Of a DNA stretch of 64,000 nucleotides, positions 35,995 through 49,178 are shown piece after piece. Under the pieces are notes generated by a model. The model was given only the letters and a program-made list of their open reading frames with translations. It did not search any database and was not told the origin of the DNA. The position numbers were made by a program, and so were the translations under genes. The stretch lies in the NCBI GenBank assembly GCA_030265395.1, contig JARFYF010000074.1:75673830-75737829 (forward strand), in the 5' to 3' direction. The stretch is from Rhina ancylostomus. Lineage: Eukaryota. Numbering within the stretch: the stretch's first letter is position 1; each line of letters starts with the position of its first letter.

Positions 35995-38900
35995 AACATA
36001 GATCCATTCAGCCTGTCTCTTTGGAAAGCACTTATCAAATGCTCAGGAGCTATAAAAGGATTGCTGTCCTAGTAGAATTATTATCATCTTGGGTTGCAAG
36101 TAACAGGGCCAAAAGAGGAAAAACTGGGTTTGTTAACTTCAGGAGTACTACTGTTGTCCTTTTAAACTATGACCTTTCAGATGAGTGCAACACTTGTCTT
36201 GAGCACTCCTCTTCTCCCCACCGAATGCATAGTTTATGAAAGACCTCCTACTCGATGTCAGGCTTGTGAATATACCTTGCAGCAAAATCAAGAATCAAAT
36301 AACTTTGGGTTTATTAAATGTTGCATTGGAATTTAAATCTACTGTAATAAATTCCCAGTTGTCCTTGCGTGGTTTCTGAAGACTTTCAATGTTGACATTT
36401 TACTATTACATTCATTCAGTCCTTTCCTCTTGTTGAACATCTCAGGTTTCAAATCTTCATCATCTTCTGAGCATTTTCTCAGGTGTAAAGAATATTACTG
36501 TGTCATTCTTGAAGTAAAAGACTGCATTTTCCTCCAGAATGCTGATATGAATGAACTGTAAATAAGTTTGAGTCATCTCCTTGTGATGAGGTTTCTCACC
36601 ACCATCCAGCTTGTGTTTTATCATTCCTTTCAAAGTTTGATACATCACTCTATTTTGTGATTTTATTTCACAATCTCAGAAAAGAATGTCCTTCAGTTTA
36701 AATGAATCAGTGGTCTACGTCTCAATGCACAATGGACCTTGGAGGTAATGAACAGTTTAGTCGGATCTTTGATCTGAAACATCAAATCTTTTTCAAAGGA
36801 CAATAATTGAAAATTGTCATGACTGATTGGTAGAGTGATGATAAAACCTAGAGCCTGAAAATGTTTCTGCTTCCTGATGGTCTATCAACATTATAGGACC
36901 GGAATCCATCTTACACTGCAGCCTCTGATGCCACACTTTCCTTTGATGCTGTTCGTTTCTTAACCATTTACTCTCTAATCTGATAAATGCTAAATGACAG
37001 CCATAAAAACACGATTTCAACACCTCACGACTGCTGTAACTACTAATAATATTTTAAAATATATTGAGACTGTAGTTGGAATTCAAAAGTTTATCAAACC
37101 AAGAAGGATAATTTTAGCTTGACCTGTGTTAGAAGTTTTTATTAAGATTGTGGTAAATAGGTATCATGGATACTGTATTAAACCAGCATTCGCTGGTAAA
37201 ATAACACTTGAGTTTAATCTGCTCACCGATATCAGTTTATAAGTAGCCCAGCAATTTATGCCAAGAGACAGATAACCCCTGAGCTCAAAATTGCTTCAAA
37301 TTGCTGGAGGATTCGCAGTGTTCCATTTGATTTGCAAATGTGGCAGCTCGCCAACAATTTCACGCTAAGTTTCAGGAAATTTCTGCTTTTTTGGCACTAG
37401 ATGTACACTAACAGAGAGCAAAATGTTGGCATTGGTATGATAACTCTTTATTGATGAAGTTTATATCATGCCTCTCATCCCTTCTGACTAGAAAGGAATC
37501 AGCTTAAACTGTAGAATCTCATTACTGCAGGTGGTATGGTTTTCCAACAGATTTAACTTTTTTCATACTTCTGTTTTGTATGTCTCTTTTCTAACTTTCC
37601 TGTTTTCTATCTGGTCTGACTGTATATCATGTCCTTGTTTCTCTATTTCTTTCTCAATCCATGAATCCTATTGACTTTTACTTTAGCCGTTCATCAAGGT
37701 CTCATCTGCCCTGCTGCTTGTTTGCACTTTGTGCAATTAGTAACACAAACATTTTTTGGGCTGTGAGAACAAGGGATACAGTCCAACTGACAACTTGCTC
37801 TGTATCATATCGCTCGCCAGCTCATTCCAAGCCATTGATTCTGCTTGTGCTTCCAACTCGCAGTCAACAAAAATGTTTGGCTTTCCGTCCAACGCAACTC
37901 AGTATCTCTGATAACAATACTTCTCAGTTATTGCAAATAAGGAGAAGGGTATGTTCATGTATGACTACGGACAATACATCTGCACTTTAACTCCTCAAAG
38001 GCTGAGGGAAGCCATGAACAGATCTAGAAATGCAAATCTCATTGTCAAGCAGTTTTGCCAATTGACCAAGTGTTCTTGCAAGCAGCTGGAAAATGTAGCT
38101 TTGCTCCTGACGTTACTCAGTTTGTGATTGCTTTTTCATCTGAGAATGTTGGTTGTTCAAAAATCCACAATGCTGGTTTTGTTGACTTGCCCATCCTTCA
38201 GAGAGAGCTCCACTGATAACTTTCTGGGTGTCATCGGTGTTACAGTTGTAGATAGCGCAGTGAAATAGAAATTCCTTAAGTTTATACCTTTGTTATTCAT
38301 GCCATTACAACCGTGTGTATCAGGAAAATAACCATTGCCTTATGTTCTTATGTTTGCAGCTTCCTCGAAGCACATTTGTTTGAAGTATAGCAACTTGCCT
38401 TTTTTTTAATTTGCTTACACTCTGTGCTACTGTTTTCCATCTTTCTGAATCTTTTCCATCAGTTTCTTTGCTCATGTACTTTCTGTTATTTATTCTTTGT
38501 ACAGATGTGTGAGATTGTAAAATGGGTGTAAAATCTTGTGCATTGATATTACAAAAATCTTAATTAAGTCACTGTTTTTAATCTACCTAAGGATTAGTCT
38601 GTTGTCATATTAGACTGAAGATTTGATACCATCTCCAGGTTTGTTACTGGCAAATAGAAAGTGAAATTAAAGGGTACATTCCTTTATTAACAGTGTCACC
38701 AATCTTGACAGATTTCCAACTTTGTTTGGCAGTATGATCTCACTCAGTTACCATCTCCATGTTTTCACTACCGGCTGTTGATTGTTACAGTTCAGTGAAA
38801 GTATGGGTGAGTAATAAGTGAATTTCGGTTGTGGTTCTGTGCAGGTATTTACTTATTCAGTGTCTCAGGAATGCATTTGCATTGCCCAGTGGAATTTGAT

Positions 38901-39518
38901 GGAAGGTTTCAGTGGCCTGGGATCCTTCATTCAGATGACATATGTTAATTAAAGTACTCTGGTGTCTATGTTTTTGCACCTCGTCCCATTAGTGGTTGCC
39001 ACCCCTCTATGAAATAAGTAGACCAGTGCAGAGTAACTAAAAAGGTCGTGGGTTTATGGTTGCCTTGGAAATAGCTATTTTGTGTGAGATGGAATTGATA
39101 TGTAAATTCTGACCTTCATTCCCACAATCTTCCATTATATGAACAGACACCAGCAAAAAGCACCCATAACCTGCCTCACTGACTGATGTGTGTAAAATCA
39201 ATCGCATTATGAAAACCTGTGTTGGTGGGAATTAAGTATATCATATCTGTCCGGTGATTGGAGCTGCAGTTTACCACGAGATTTTTTTCTTCAGGTTAGG
39301 TGCCCTTAATTCAACCACCAGTGCATTTGATGTTTCGTTGATGACTTTTTAGCGACCTTTCATCTGAATGCAACTTTGGATGTTACAATGAATTAAATTA
39401 AGCTTTCATTGTGGATGATTCGGCTTCAGTCAGCTAAAAAGCAAAGAAAGCAGACTAACAGATGCTGCAAAGAACAAAAGATGAGATTTCTCAGCGCAGA
39501 AGGATATTTAACGGTAAA

Positions 39519-39547
39519 GGGGCGGGGAGGGCTAACCTACCAATCAG
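39519..39547. promoter_or_regulatory. Candidate GC-box plus CCAAT-box module
   Basis: ggggcgggg (39519-39527) and ccaatcag (39540-39547) are adjacent in otherwise CpG-poor unique DNA. Confidence 0.3.
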
Positions 39548-42279
39548 AAAATCACAAATGGAAATCTAAATTCTATATTTGCAATTTTTTTTCCTTTTCC
39601 TTTTGTTTCTGCCCTTACCTAAAAGCACAAACATTTGCTGGGGTGTGGTGCCAGAGGCACGGGCAGCTTTCTGTATCTTTTTCTAGTTATCATTCATTGT
39701 GCAGTGAAGCCTTCCTGTAGAAATATGAGAGGTGACTGAATAATTGACCATTATAGACTGAATCGAATGGAAATGGTTGTTTGCCCACCCAGTGTTCCAC
39801 AGTCAGCTAATTAGCAAACAGACAGTTGCAAATTAGAATGGGAAAAGTGCACGTAAGTGAAATCTAAGTGAGGGAGCAATTAAAGGGGAGTGACAAAGGA
39901 GGAAGATGATCATTCTGAAAGCATTTACAAAGACTCCAAAATTGCTTCAACCCATTAACAGTGTCTGCTTTGGCATGAATGAAAGGAAAGGGAGCGCAAG
40001 GCTCAACCACATGCTTGCAGGCAAGTGTCACAGAGAGCAGCTGAGTATCAGACCTGTCCTCCTGCTTAACTGCTGCCTCGGAGAAGACGGAGGTGGGTTT
40101 CACCCCTGACCGTGACTGGATAGGCTTGCCTTTAGCTGTATGGCAGTTGCAGTTATTTTAGTAGCAGATGGGATAACTTTGGTGTAGATCTGCATCTTTC
40201 CGTCTGCTGAGAAGATTGGTCCCCATGGTCAATATCAGCTGCTGACGGCATGCTTGCTGGTGTGGCTGACGGTATCTTGGTGGGTTGGCCTAATTGGGCA
40301 CATTGGTTATTAATCCTACTGGCATGCCTTTGTTTATACAGTGAAAGCATGATTACAGGGCTGCTTCTGACGTTTAATCTCACAGTAGCTCACCAACGAT
40401 TCACGTACCTTTATTTGTGGTTAGGGGTCTGTAACTCCTGGTTCCTTTGAGAATAAGAAGTTAGCCTGCATTAATTGCTCATCGAAACAGGTTTGGGTTA
40501 GTGGCAGGAGAGCACAGGACATTCCTTGTGCTATAGGGCGTGCTTGGGTTCTTATTGGGAGCCCTCCTTTTCCTCTCAATGCTGGGGTATCCACTGATAT
40601 TGGCGATGATTTTGGGAGCAATAAAAACGTTGGAAAAATGTCACGTTAACCCAAATACCAGCACATAACATAAATTGTGATCGAGGAATGTGTGAAACTT
40701 TGCATATTTAATTGATCCCCATACGGTCCTGCAGTAACACTGGATATCCAGTTAACCCCCATTAGTGATGATAATAACAATGAAGGTTTTAGGACTTGCC
40801 TTCCCCAAAATGAAAAGTATGTTGATCCTCCCACCAGTTGGGCCTGAGCACAAATGACATTACGGAACCGTAAACTCAACATAGGGCAGATGGAATCCGA
40901 GCAAACAAACTTTGGCTGTTTAGTGTTCTGAGATACCCAGTCTCCACTCGTTGGTTTATTTCCAGTCCTTTGTGACTTCTGGCAAATCAGTCATGAGGGC
41001 ACGACAGCAAACTCCAATATTTAATTCCACAGCATCAGGGACAAGCATCAGTAGCTCAGCTGTCACTTTGTTGCTCCTTCAGACGGGCAATGAAGCCACA
41101 TTCTAATTCCTAAATCAGCAGCCTCATCCATATATCAATTAAGCAGCCATTTGTAATGTACAATCCCAGGCAATGATAAATAATTCTACTTGACAGGAGA
41201 AGCATTCATCTCGATATTTAGCAATGCATTGTTGCAAGATACCTGTTCAGGATAGAAAGCCTTGTTCTTGGTTCTCAAGACAAAGAAGCTAATTACTGAG
41301 CCGCATCGCTGCACCAGTTGAAATTAATTAACCTGGAATACTACTCATNNNNNNNNNNNNNNNNNNNNNNNNNNNNNNNNNNNNNNNNNNNNNNNNNNNN
41401 NNNNNNNNNNNNNNNNNNNNNNNNNNNNNNNNNNNNNNNNNNNNNNNNCCTGGAATACTACTCATTGGTGAAGATCATTATTCCTGGGGAATCCTCAGAT
41501 GGAGTTGTGAGGTTTTTCAGTGAGGCTAACAGCAAGACAAATAGTGATCCAGTGATAGGGCAACCAGTCAAGAAACAGATTCTAAAATGTTCACTGGTTT
41601 ATCACACACACTGAGACATGCTTATCACACATGGCTTGTGTGAACCATCTGAATAAATCTTCAAGTATTGCTTTATTTGAAAAGAAATAGGATTTTCTAA
41701 AACAAATGGGATTAGCGGTCACGTAAGAGTCTTATTTTCTTAATGTTTTGAAATCCTCCCAAGGTACACATTTGGTATCTTTTGCACTCACTATGAGGAA
41801 TTTCAGTAGGGGCAAGAGGATTTAAATTTGCAGCACCTCAGCACTATTAGTCAGGTATCTGCTGCAGTATTCCAACTGCTGGACTGCCCCAGGATAATTA
41901 TTTTTGGATGGAAACATAAGAAAGAGAGACACTTCCAGAGATCAGCCATCTGCTTTAAATTATTGAAAGAAAAATCTGTAACTGCAAAAGGTCAGTTGGT
42001 AGGTTACATTTTGAGGATTACAGTCACGTCCAGCAAAGGTAATTTATACCATACAGTACTGATATGCCTTGGGGGAAAAAGACAGGATGGTATTTGAAAT
42101 CCTCCTTCCATTTCCTGAATGTTGGAGATAACCCTTCAAAAAAAATCATGCCTCCACGAGGTTAGGAATGGAACCAAGTGTGCCATTTGCCTGTTTATTT
42201 TTTTCGAGAAGAATGGAACACCATGTGTTTTGGTTTATTTGAAATATTTTGTTTCTATCTCAAAGAGAAAACCTAATTT

Positions 42280-42468
42280 TTTCTGGCACTTTTCACAACC
42301 TCTGGATGTCAAAAGGTATTACCAGCTCAAGTACAGTCACTGTTGCTGTTTCAGGAAACACAGCAGCCAATTTGTATACCACAAAATTCCACAAACAGCA
42401 ATGTAATAATTACCAGATAATTCAACAGTACTGAAGTGTAAAATATTGACCTGAACACTGTGGAGAAC
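42280..42468 (-). mobile_element. Deu-domain-like SINE 3' half, running into a gap
   Basis: ttttcacaacctctggatgtc...aggaaacacagcagccaatttgtataccacaaaattccacaaacagcaatgtaataattaccagataa. Confidence 0.8.
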
Positions 42469-42951
42469 NNNNNNNNNNNNNNNNNNNNNNNNNNNNNNNN
42501 NNNNNNNNNNNNNNNNNNNNNNNNNNNNNNNNNNNNNNNNNNNNNNNNNNNNNNNNNNNNNNNNNNNNNNNNNNNNNNNNNNNNNNNNNNNNNNNNNNNN
42601 NNNNNNNNNNNNNNNNNNNNNNNNNNNNNNNNNNNNNNNNNNNNNNNNNNNNNNNNNNNNNNNNNNNNNNNNNNNNNNNNNNNNNNNNNNNNNNNNNNNN
42701 NNNNNNNNNNNNNNNNNNNNNNNNNNNNNNNNNNNNNNNNNNNNNNNNNNNNNNNNNNNNNNNNNNNNNNNNNNNNNNNNNNNNNNNNNNNNNNNNNNNN
42801 NNNNNNNNNNNNNNNNNNNNNNNNNNNNNNNNNNNNNNNNNNNNNNNNNNNNNNNNNNNNNNNNNNNNNNNNNNNNNNNNNNNNNNNNNNNNNNNNNNNN
42901 NNNNNNNNNNNNNNNNNNNNNNNNNNNNNNNNNNNNNNNNNNNNNNNNNNN

Positions 42952-43060
42952 CGGGTCGGTTAATTTGGGGTTTAAAATGGGAGGTGTGGACTCGTTGGGC
43001 CAGAAGGGCCTGTTACCACGCTGTAAATAAATTTTTTTTAAATTTCAAATTTTAAAAAAA
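42952..43060 (+). mobile_element. Young V-SINE 3' end (rest in gap)
   Basis: ggttaatttggggtttaaaatggg...ggactcgttgggccagaagggcctgttaccacgctgtaaataa, nearly identical to 44579-44652. Confidence 0.85.
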
Positions 43061-43679
43061 ATTGCACCAACACACCCAGCAGCAGGTTTTGGACTTCTGT
43101 GTTAAACTACACAGGTGTCTCCTCCAGCAATTGCTGTCACTTTCTTAAATTTTAATAGCAGTGCTGATATCCTCCGCTTCATTCTGATGGCAAAATTCTG
43201 CATTGTTGCATTTCTCCAGATACATACAGAATTAATGTAAAAAAAAGTGTAAAAGTTATTGAGAGGGTTCAATTCACTCTAACATAAAAAAAACTGTTGA
43301 AGTGTTCAACAGAAACATCATCACCTCGAAGGTGTCTTACCATTAACACAGCATCTTGGTTGAATGCATCTCCTGGTCTTCTCCACTCTAGTTCCGTCAG
43401 CCCCGAGTCAAATACATAGAGGCCCCTGCAGCATTGAGTGGGAGCATTCCCACTGTGCTAGCTGCCAGCAGTCTCAGGAAGTGGCCGCCTCCACCAGCTC
43501 GAGGGAATCTCCAGTCACTCACTGGGACATTTGTCGTAAATCAATTTATTTCCTTATTTGTTGTGGTACGGAATTAAGTCATTCAGCTCACCCAGAAGAG
43601 CAATCCCTTCCTTGTATTTTTGCAAATTATTCTCTCTCAATACTGCTCTTTGGTTCTTGTGCCGAATGGCTGCACTGAG

Positions 43680-43862
43680 AGAAAATTCTCAGTAGCCAAC
43701 TAACCCACCACCACAAGTAAGTTGTAGGAGGAAACCAGAGCACTTTGTGGAAACCCATATGGTCATGGGGAGAATATACGAACTTCATACAGACAACTCC
43801 CAAGATTGGAATTGAGCTCAGATCTCTGGAGCTGTCAGATAGCAGCACTGACTGCCACCCCA
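43680..43862 (-). mobile_element. Older V-SINE head and V-domain
   Basis: ggaggaaaccagagcactttgtggaaaccca..ggggagaa; reverse B-box ggaattgagctc. Confidence 0.75.
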
Positions 43863-44415
43863 TTCTACCACCCTTTTTCTAAACAAATACAGTATGTTAA
43901 GCCTGTATAAATATGCACAGGAAGTTAAGTGAAAAGGAAATTGTTTCACTCGTCTGGAGGACTTTTTCATCCTTGCCGCCAGCGGGTGACCTTCAATAGC
44001 TGGAGGAAATTCCCAAGCAATTCTGCAGCTCAGGCCACAGTTAAAATGCCTTTGGGGTCCAAGCTCTTATTTGGCCAGAAAAAGCTGCAGGTTAAAATTG
44101 CAGTTGAGATTAGTTTTCAATGCTTTGTTAATATGTCAAAAAAATGTGGAGAGATTTTTGTTATTTAACCTATCTTCTGTGGCACCTGTTCAACATGCAA
44201 TGTTTGAGCAAGTCTCTGCACTTCCTTTCCTGTTATTAACAGCTTGATTTTGAAGCTGTTAATTCTTTCTTTCGTGGAAAATTCTCATGGCAACTTCATG
44301 GCAAGGTTTTCACTGTACCCCAGTACAAGTGACAATAATAAACCAATACCAATAAATCTAACTGATGCTCTGATCTTTTTCTTTCAATGGCCAGATTTCA
44401 GTCTGCTATTTTTAT

Positions 44416-44662
44416 GGGTGGTACGGTAGCGTAGTGGTTAGTGCAATGCTTTAACAGCACCAGCAATCGGGGTTCGATTCCCGTCACTGTCCGTAAGGAG
44501 TTTGTACGTTCTCCCGTGTCTGCGTGGGTTTCCTCTGGGTGCTCCAGTTTCCTTCCACATTCTAAAGACGTACGGGTAGGTTAATTTGGGGTTTTAAAAT
44601 GGGCGGCACGGACTCGTTGGGCCGGAATGACCTGTTACCACGCTGTAAATAAAATTTAAAAA
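44416..44662 (+). mobile_element. Young full-length V-SINE
   Basis: A/B boxes, V-domain and CR1-like tail; closely similar to 31887-32155. Confidence 0.92.
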
Positions 44663-46044
44663 TATCTTCTATCCAAGTCTCCCAATGGGAAATTTGGATG
44701 ACATTCTGTAAGTTCCAACTTGGAGCTGACCGAACAGCCCATTGTTTTTGGATGCTAGCACTTATTCAGAGGAACTGAAGTTACTTGAAGTGGTTAAAGT
44801 GACGTATTCTGTGCACTGTTTATAGTCAAGTGAATGATCTACCTCAGGACAAGGTAGATCAAGTTAACTAATCCCTGAAAATGAGCAGAGAAATCAAATT
44901 AGGCAATTAAGGCTGTACATCATCCTGATGCTACCTGCACATTCAACGATCTGGTGACCAGCCAAAGCTAAACAGTACTTATGAGCCAAGCCACGTCAAC
45001 AGGGGACTCAAATTTGTGACTGGCTGCAGTCACTCTTAGCTTGCAGAACTTAATAGCTGACCCACACCTTTGAGAAAGGAGCTCCAGGTTACCGTCAGTT
45101 GTGCAGAAATTAAATCCAACCAAGGAACTCAAAATGGAGAGAGATAGCAGGCTCCAAACCAGGTGGAAGGCGCTGGTGGAGAAGGTGCTTGGTGAGAGTG
45201 CCCCGATGAGACCCTTTCTCCCCTTTTTCTAATCCCCTTCTTCATCTGAGATGCCCTCTTTCTGTGTCATCAGCTCATGTGGCTGTGTGGCAAGTGGAAT
45301 GCTCGTGTCTGGGTGGATCTGTTTTTCTGCATATTCTTTCAGTCCCAGCTTAGTTCCTTCAACACCTGTCACAACACTGTAAGTATGCTTCTGCAACTTG
45401 TAACAACCACTTGTAAGTACCTAACACTTGTAGAATGGTAGCAACAGCCTGAAGAAATAATCCAGCAATTAACCTGTAAGTAGTGGATCATCCCTTTGTG
45501 TTGTTGAATGTGCGTTTTGATTTGCAGGGCTTAGGGAAAGTTAGTTGAACAGTTGAGCTCCATAATTGCAGTGCTGGTGTATAATCAGCATTTCACACTA
45601 ATTAACATTATGCTTTACCTGCTTAGCTTTCTACAGTAGATGTTCAATGTGCCTGTGCTTTTGTTTTCACTTGCGTGGCCTCCAGTACCATTCACCCAAC
45701 AAATATGTGTTAGTTTGGAAATCCAGCTCATGACATCCACATAGACAAGCACAGGGAAGTTCAATTTCATCCCCGTGTCTTTTGTTGAACGTCTAATATT
45801 TGGATGGAGGTTAGAAAAAGAAGCTGAGACCCCAGATTCTGGTTTCAGACTAGGTAAATGAAGAAGCCATCATGCAGAAATCACCTGCAAAAGAGGCAAG
45901 AGTTGGTTCAGCAATGCCAGTCTGGGAGAGGTAATAGAGTATATTGGAAAGTATTGAGAGGAGCAAAGGAGGGTGCAAGCAGTAGACAGAATATAAAGTA
46001 GATGAGGAAATTCTGTATTGTAAGTACTGAGAGAAATTTCTCTT

Positions 46045-47036
46045 TCTACAGCAAGTCCAGCATTTATTGCTCATCCCTCACTGTCCCTCAATAATGTGCT
46101 TACTCTGCCATTTCGGAGCATTTGAAGAATCGACCACTTTCCTGAGTCACACATCAGAAACAGAATCAGGTTTATGATCACTGACACATGTCATGAAATT
46201 TGTTGGTTTGTGGCAGCGGTACAGTGCAAGACATATAAATTACAAAAATAAATAAATAGTGCAAAAGCAGAATAATAAGGTTGTGCTTCATGGACTGTTC
46301 AGAAATCTGATGGTGGAGGGGAAGAAGCTGTTCCTGAAATGTTAAGTGCGGGTCTTCAGGCTCCTGTACCTCCTCCCCAATGGTAGTAACGTGAAGAGGG
46401 CATGTCCCAGATGGTGAGGATCCTTAATGATAGATGCTGCCTTCTTGAGGCACCACCTCTTGAAGATGTCCTCCACGGCAGGGAGGGTTGTTCCCATGAT
46501 GGAGCTGGCTGAGTCGACAACCCTCTGCAGCCTCTTCTGATGCTGGACATTGGAGCCTCCATACCAGGCGGTGATACAACCAGTCAGNNNNNNNNNNNNN
46601 NNNNNNNNNNNNNNNNNNNNNNNNNNNNNNNNNNNNNNNNNNNNNNNNNNNNNNNNNNNNNNNNNNNNNNNNNNNNNNNNNNNNNNNGCAGCCTCTTGTG
46701 ATCCTGTGCATTGGAGCCTCCATACCAGGCGGTGATACAACCAGTCAGAATGTTCTCCACCGTACATCTGTAGAAATTTGCAAGAGTCTTTGGTGACATA
46801 CTAAATCTCCTCAAACTTGGCCAGACCTGCTGAGAAAAGCAGATTTCTGCCCTGAAGGACATTAGTGAACCAGATGGGTTTTTAATGATAATCCTGTACT
46901 TCTGTGATGATCAGTATATCAACTGGCTTTAGCTTTTAAAAAAAGATTATTAACTGAATTTAATTTGGCAGCTGGCAAAATGGTTGGAATTGAGGATTGT
47001 GAATTACTAATCCAGCAATTTAACTACTACACTGCA
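46045..47036 (-). mobile_element. SINE type C split by a Rex1 insertion
   Basis: ccagcatttattgctcatccc...gagtcacac (46057-46152) resumes as ggccagacc...gcagatttctgccctgaaggacattagtgaaccagatggg from 46819. Confidence 0.8.
46153..46817 (-). mobile_element. Rex1/Babar-type LINE 3' fragment
   Basis: SLRRFSMSPKTLANFYRCTVENILTGCITAWYG; KAASIIKDPHHLGHALFTLLPLGRRYRSLKTRT. Same family as 31600-33350. Confidence 0.92.
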
Positions 47037-47917
47037 AATACTCTCAATTTTGTACATACCCAAAATGAAAACAATATTAACCTTGTTGTTCAATGATGAA
47101 TGCAAATACATGTGAGCTTACTTATTTGATTGTGCAAGTGTAAATATTTAATAGCAATTTTCATCACAAGCCTTCAGCTTGTAATATCTTCACCAGTTCT
47201 GTGAGTTATTGTTATTCCACTGAACTACTTTGCTCATTCTTGTCTGCAAAACCTGAGGTGTGTGGCATTGGTGGATTGGTGAATTGTTTTCCAGTTTCTT
47301 TTCTCAATGGAAGCATCAATCATCACAAACGAAATTGCAAGATCTCAAAGGTAATAACCTCAGGATTCTTACCATCTGTTGGATGAGTTAGGAAAGAACA
47401 GAACTGATTTACTGATGTGCAGCAAGAATAATGACGTATCACTTCTTCCACCATGGGATGTCGGGACAAGTTCGAAAGAAGCTATAGAGATGCCCTTGCT
47501 AGAGGTTCAGTTGAGCTGTAGGACAAAGCTAAATATAACACAGCGATGAGAGATTGAGAATTAGAATACTGGTTGAAAATATTTCAAAATATGTTAGAGG
47601 TGAATGAAGGGGATAATAATGGTGGCTGAGAGAAAGTTTAAGGAAATAGTGAATTGATTATTAAAGATGGAAAAGCAAATTGAAGGTATCAATGCATCAG
47701 GGCCACGGGATTTGCACATAAATTCCTCTTGAAAACCTTTGACAGATCTCTGAATGGGTGGTACTGAACTTGCCTGCTTGCGTTCTGATCAATCCAGCCA
47801 CAGCTAACTGTAACTTCTCTTCCCATGGCCAGACCTCTGGAGAACAGTGGAAGTTTTTGAGTCCGGTAGTGATGAAAGCACAGGCGGGGGCTTTAGCTGC
47901 TCCTGGTCGACCTGGTA

Positions 47918-48393
47918 CTCAAGAAAATAGGAGAAGCAGTAGGCCATCAGGCCCTATACACCTGCCCTCTGTTTCATATGATCATGGCTGAACTATCTTG
48001 GATTTAACTCCTTTTCTGTGCCACTTCTCCACACCCCTGTATTCCTCGGTCAACCAAATATTTATCCACCTCCACTTTAACTCCCAATGATCCAGTTTTC
48101 ATTCCCTGCCGCGGCAGAGAATTCTAGAGATTCACCACCCTCTGCGAGAAGAAACTTCTGTACATCTCAGTTTTAAATGACCGGCCCCTTATCTTGCAGC
48201 CTTGTTTCCTGGTTTGAGACTCTCCCACTGGTGAAAACATTCCAACATTCACCCTATTAAGCCCCTATAAGATCTTGCATGTTTGAAAAATTTCACCCCT
48301 CATTCTTGTGAACTTCAGGGAATACAGGCCCAAACTAGTTAATGTCTCTTGGCAGGACAACTCTCATCCCAGCAGTTACCATGGTGAATCTTT
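47918..48393 (-). mobile_element. CR1 LINE 3' fragment
   Basis: ataggagaagcagtaggccat...atgatcatggctga tail; agagaattctagagattcaccaccctctgcgagaagaaa is the reverse of FFSQRVVNL.NSL. Confidence 0.85.
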
Positions 48394-49124
48394 GTCCTGC
48401 GTTTATTCCCGGTGAGCATTTAAAACTGCAGTCAAGTAGAATGTCAGAACTTGAGACGAAAGGAGGGTACAGATCTTATTGGCAGGCACCACCTGCCTGT
48501 TCAACAATCTTATGTGCCTAGTCCAGAGGCAGAGGGCCTAACTTGATGGCCTGAAGTATCCCAGGCTCCAGGCCGAAGTAGCAGTTGGGTTTCCAATGGC
48601 ACATTAAAGGTGCCAGCCCTGCCATTGAAAATCCTTAAAAAGCTTTGATAGCTGACAAAACCCTGTCTCAACTTCACCGCCCATCAAAGCTGCAAGGGTC
48701 TTTAAATGTCTTTCACGATAAACTACTTAAAATGAAGGAAATTGTTAAAAAATGAAAACTTATTCAACATCTTTAAAATTCACGATTATCTTTGGCAAGT
48801 ATATAAAGATAATTTCAAAGCATTAATCTAATCCAAAATAATTTTCAAAAGTATCTTCCCTTTGGTTTCTTTCTTTGCAACCCTCCCATCCCTACTTAGA
48901 TTAGTCTCAGTACTATGTCTAACCTGAAACAGAGTATAAGAGCCTTGGCTTGGGAATCTCAGCACAATTAAGCTTCAGTGCTGGAACCCAGCAGTGGAGT
49001 ATTTTGACAGATACAAGCCTGGAGACTTGACCTGAGCCAAATGGGACCTGACCAAATCTGTCAGGTTTGGGTTGAATATCAAAATATTTCAGTCCTTGGG
49101 CTTACCTCGGGTTTGGATTAGCTG

Positions 49125-49178
49125 TGGTTGAGACAGGTTTTAGCTTTGGTTGAGACAGGTTTTAGGTTTTAGCTTTAG
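49125..49178 (+). repeat. Short tandem duplication (22-bp unit)
   Basis: tggttgagacaggttttagctt followed by tggttgagacaggttttag, then degenerate gttttag/ctttag units. Confidence 0.8.
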
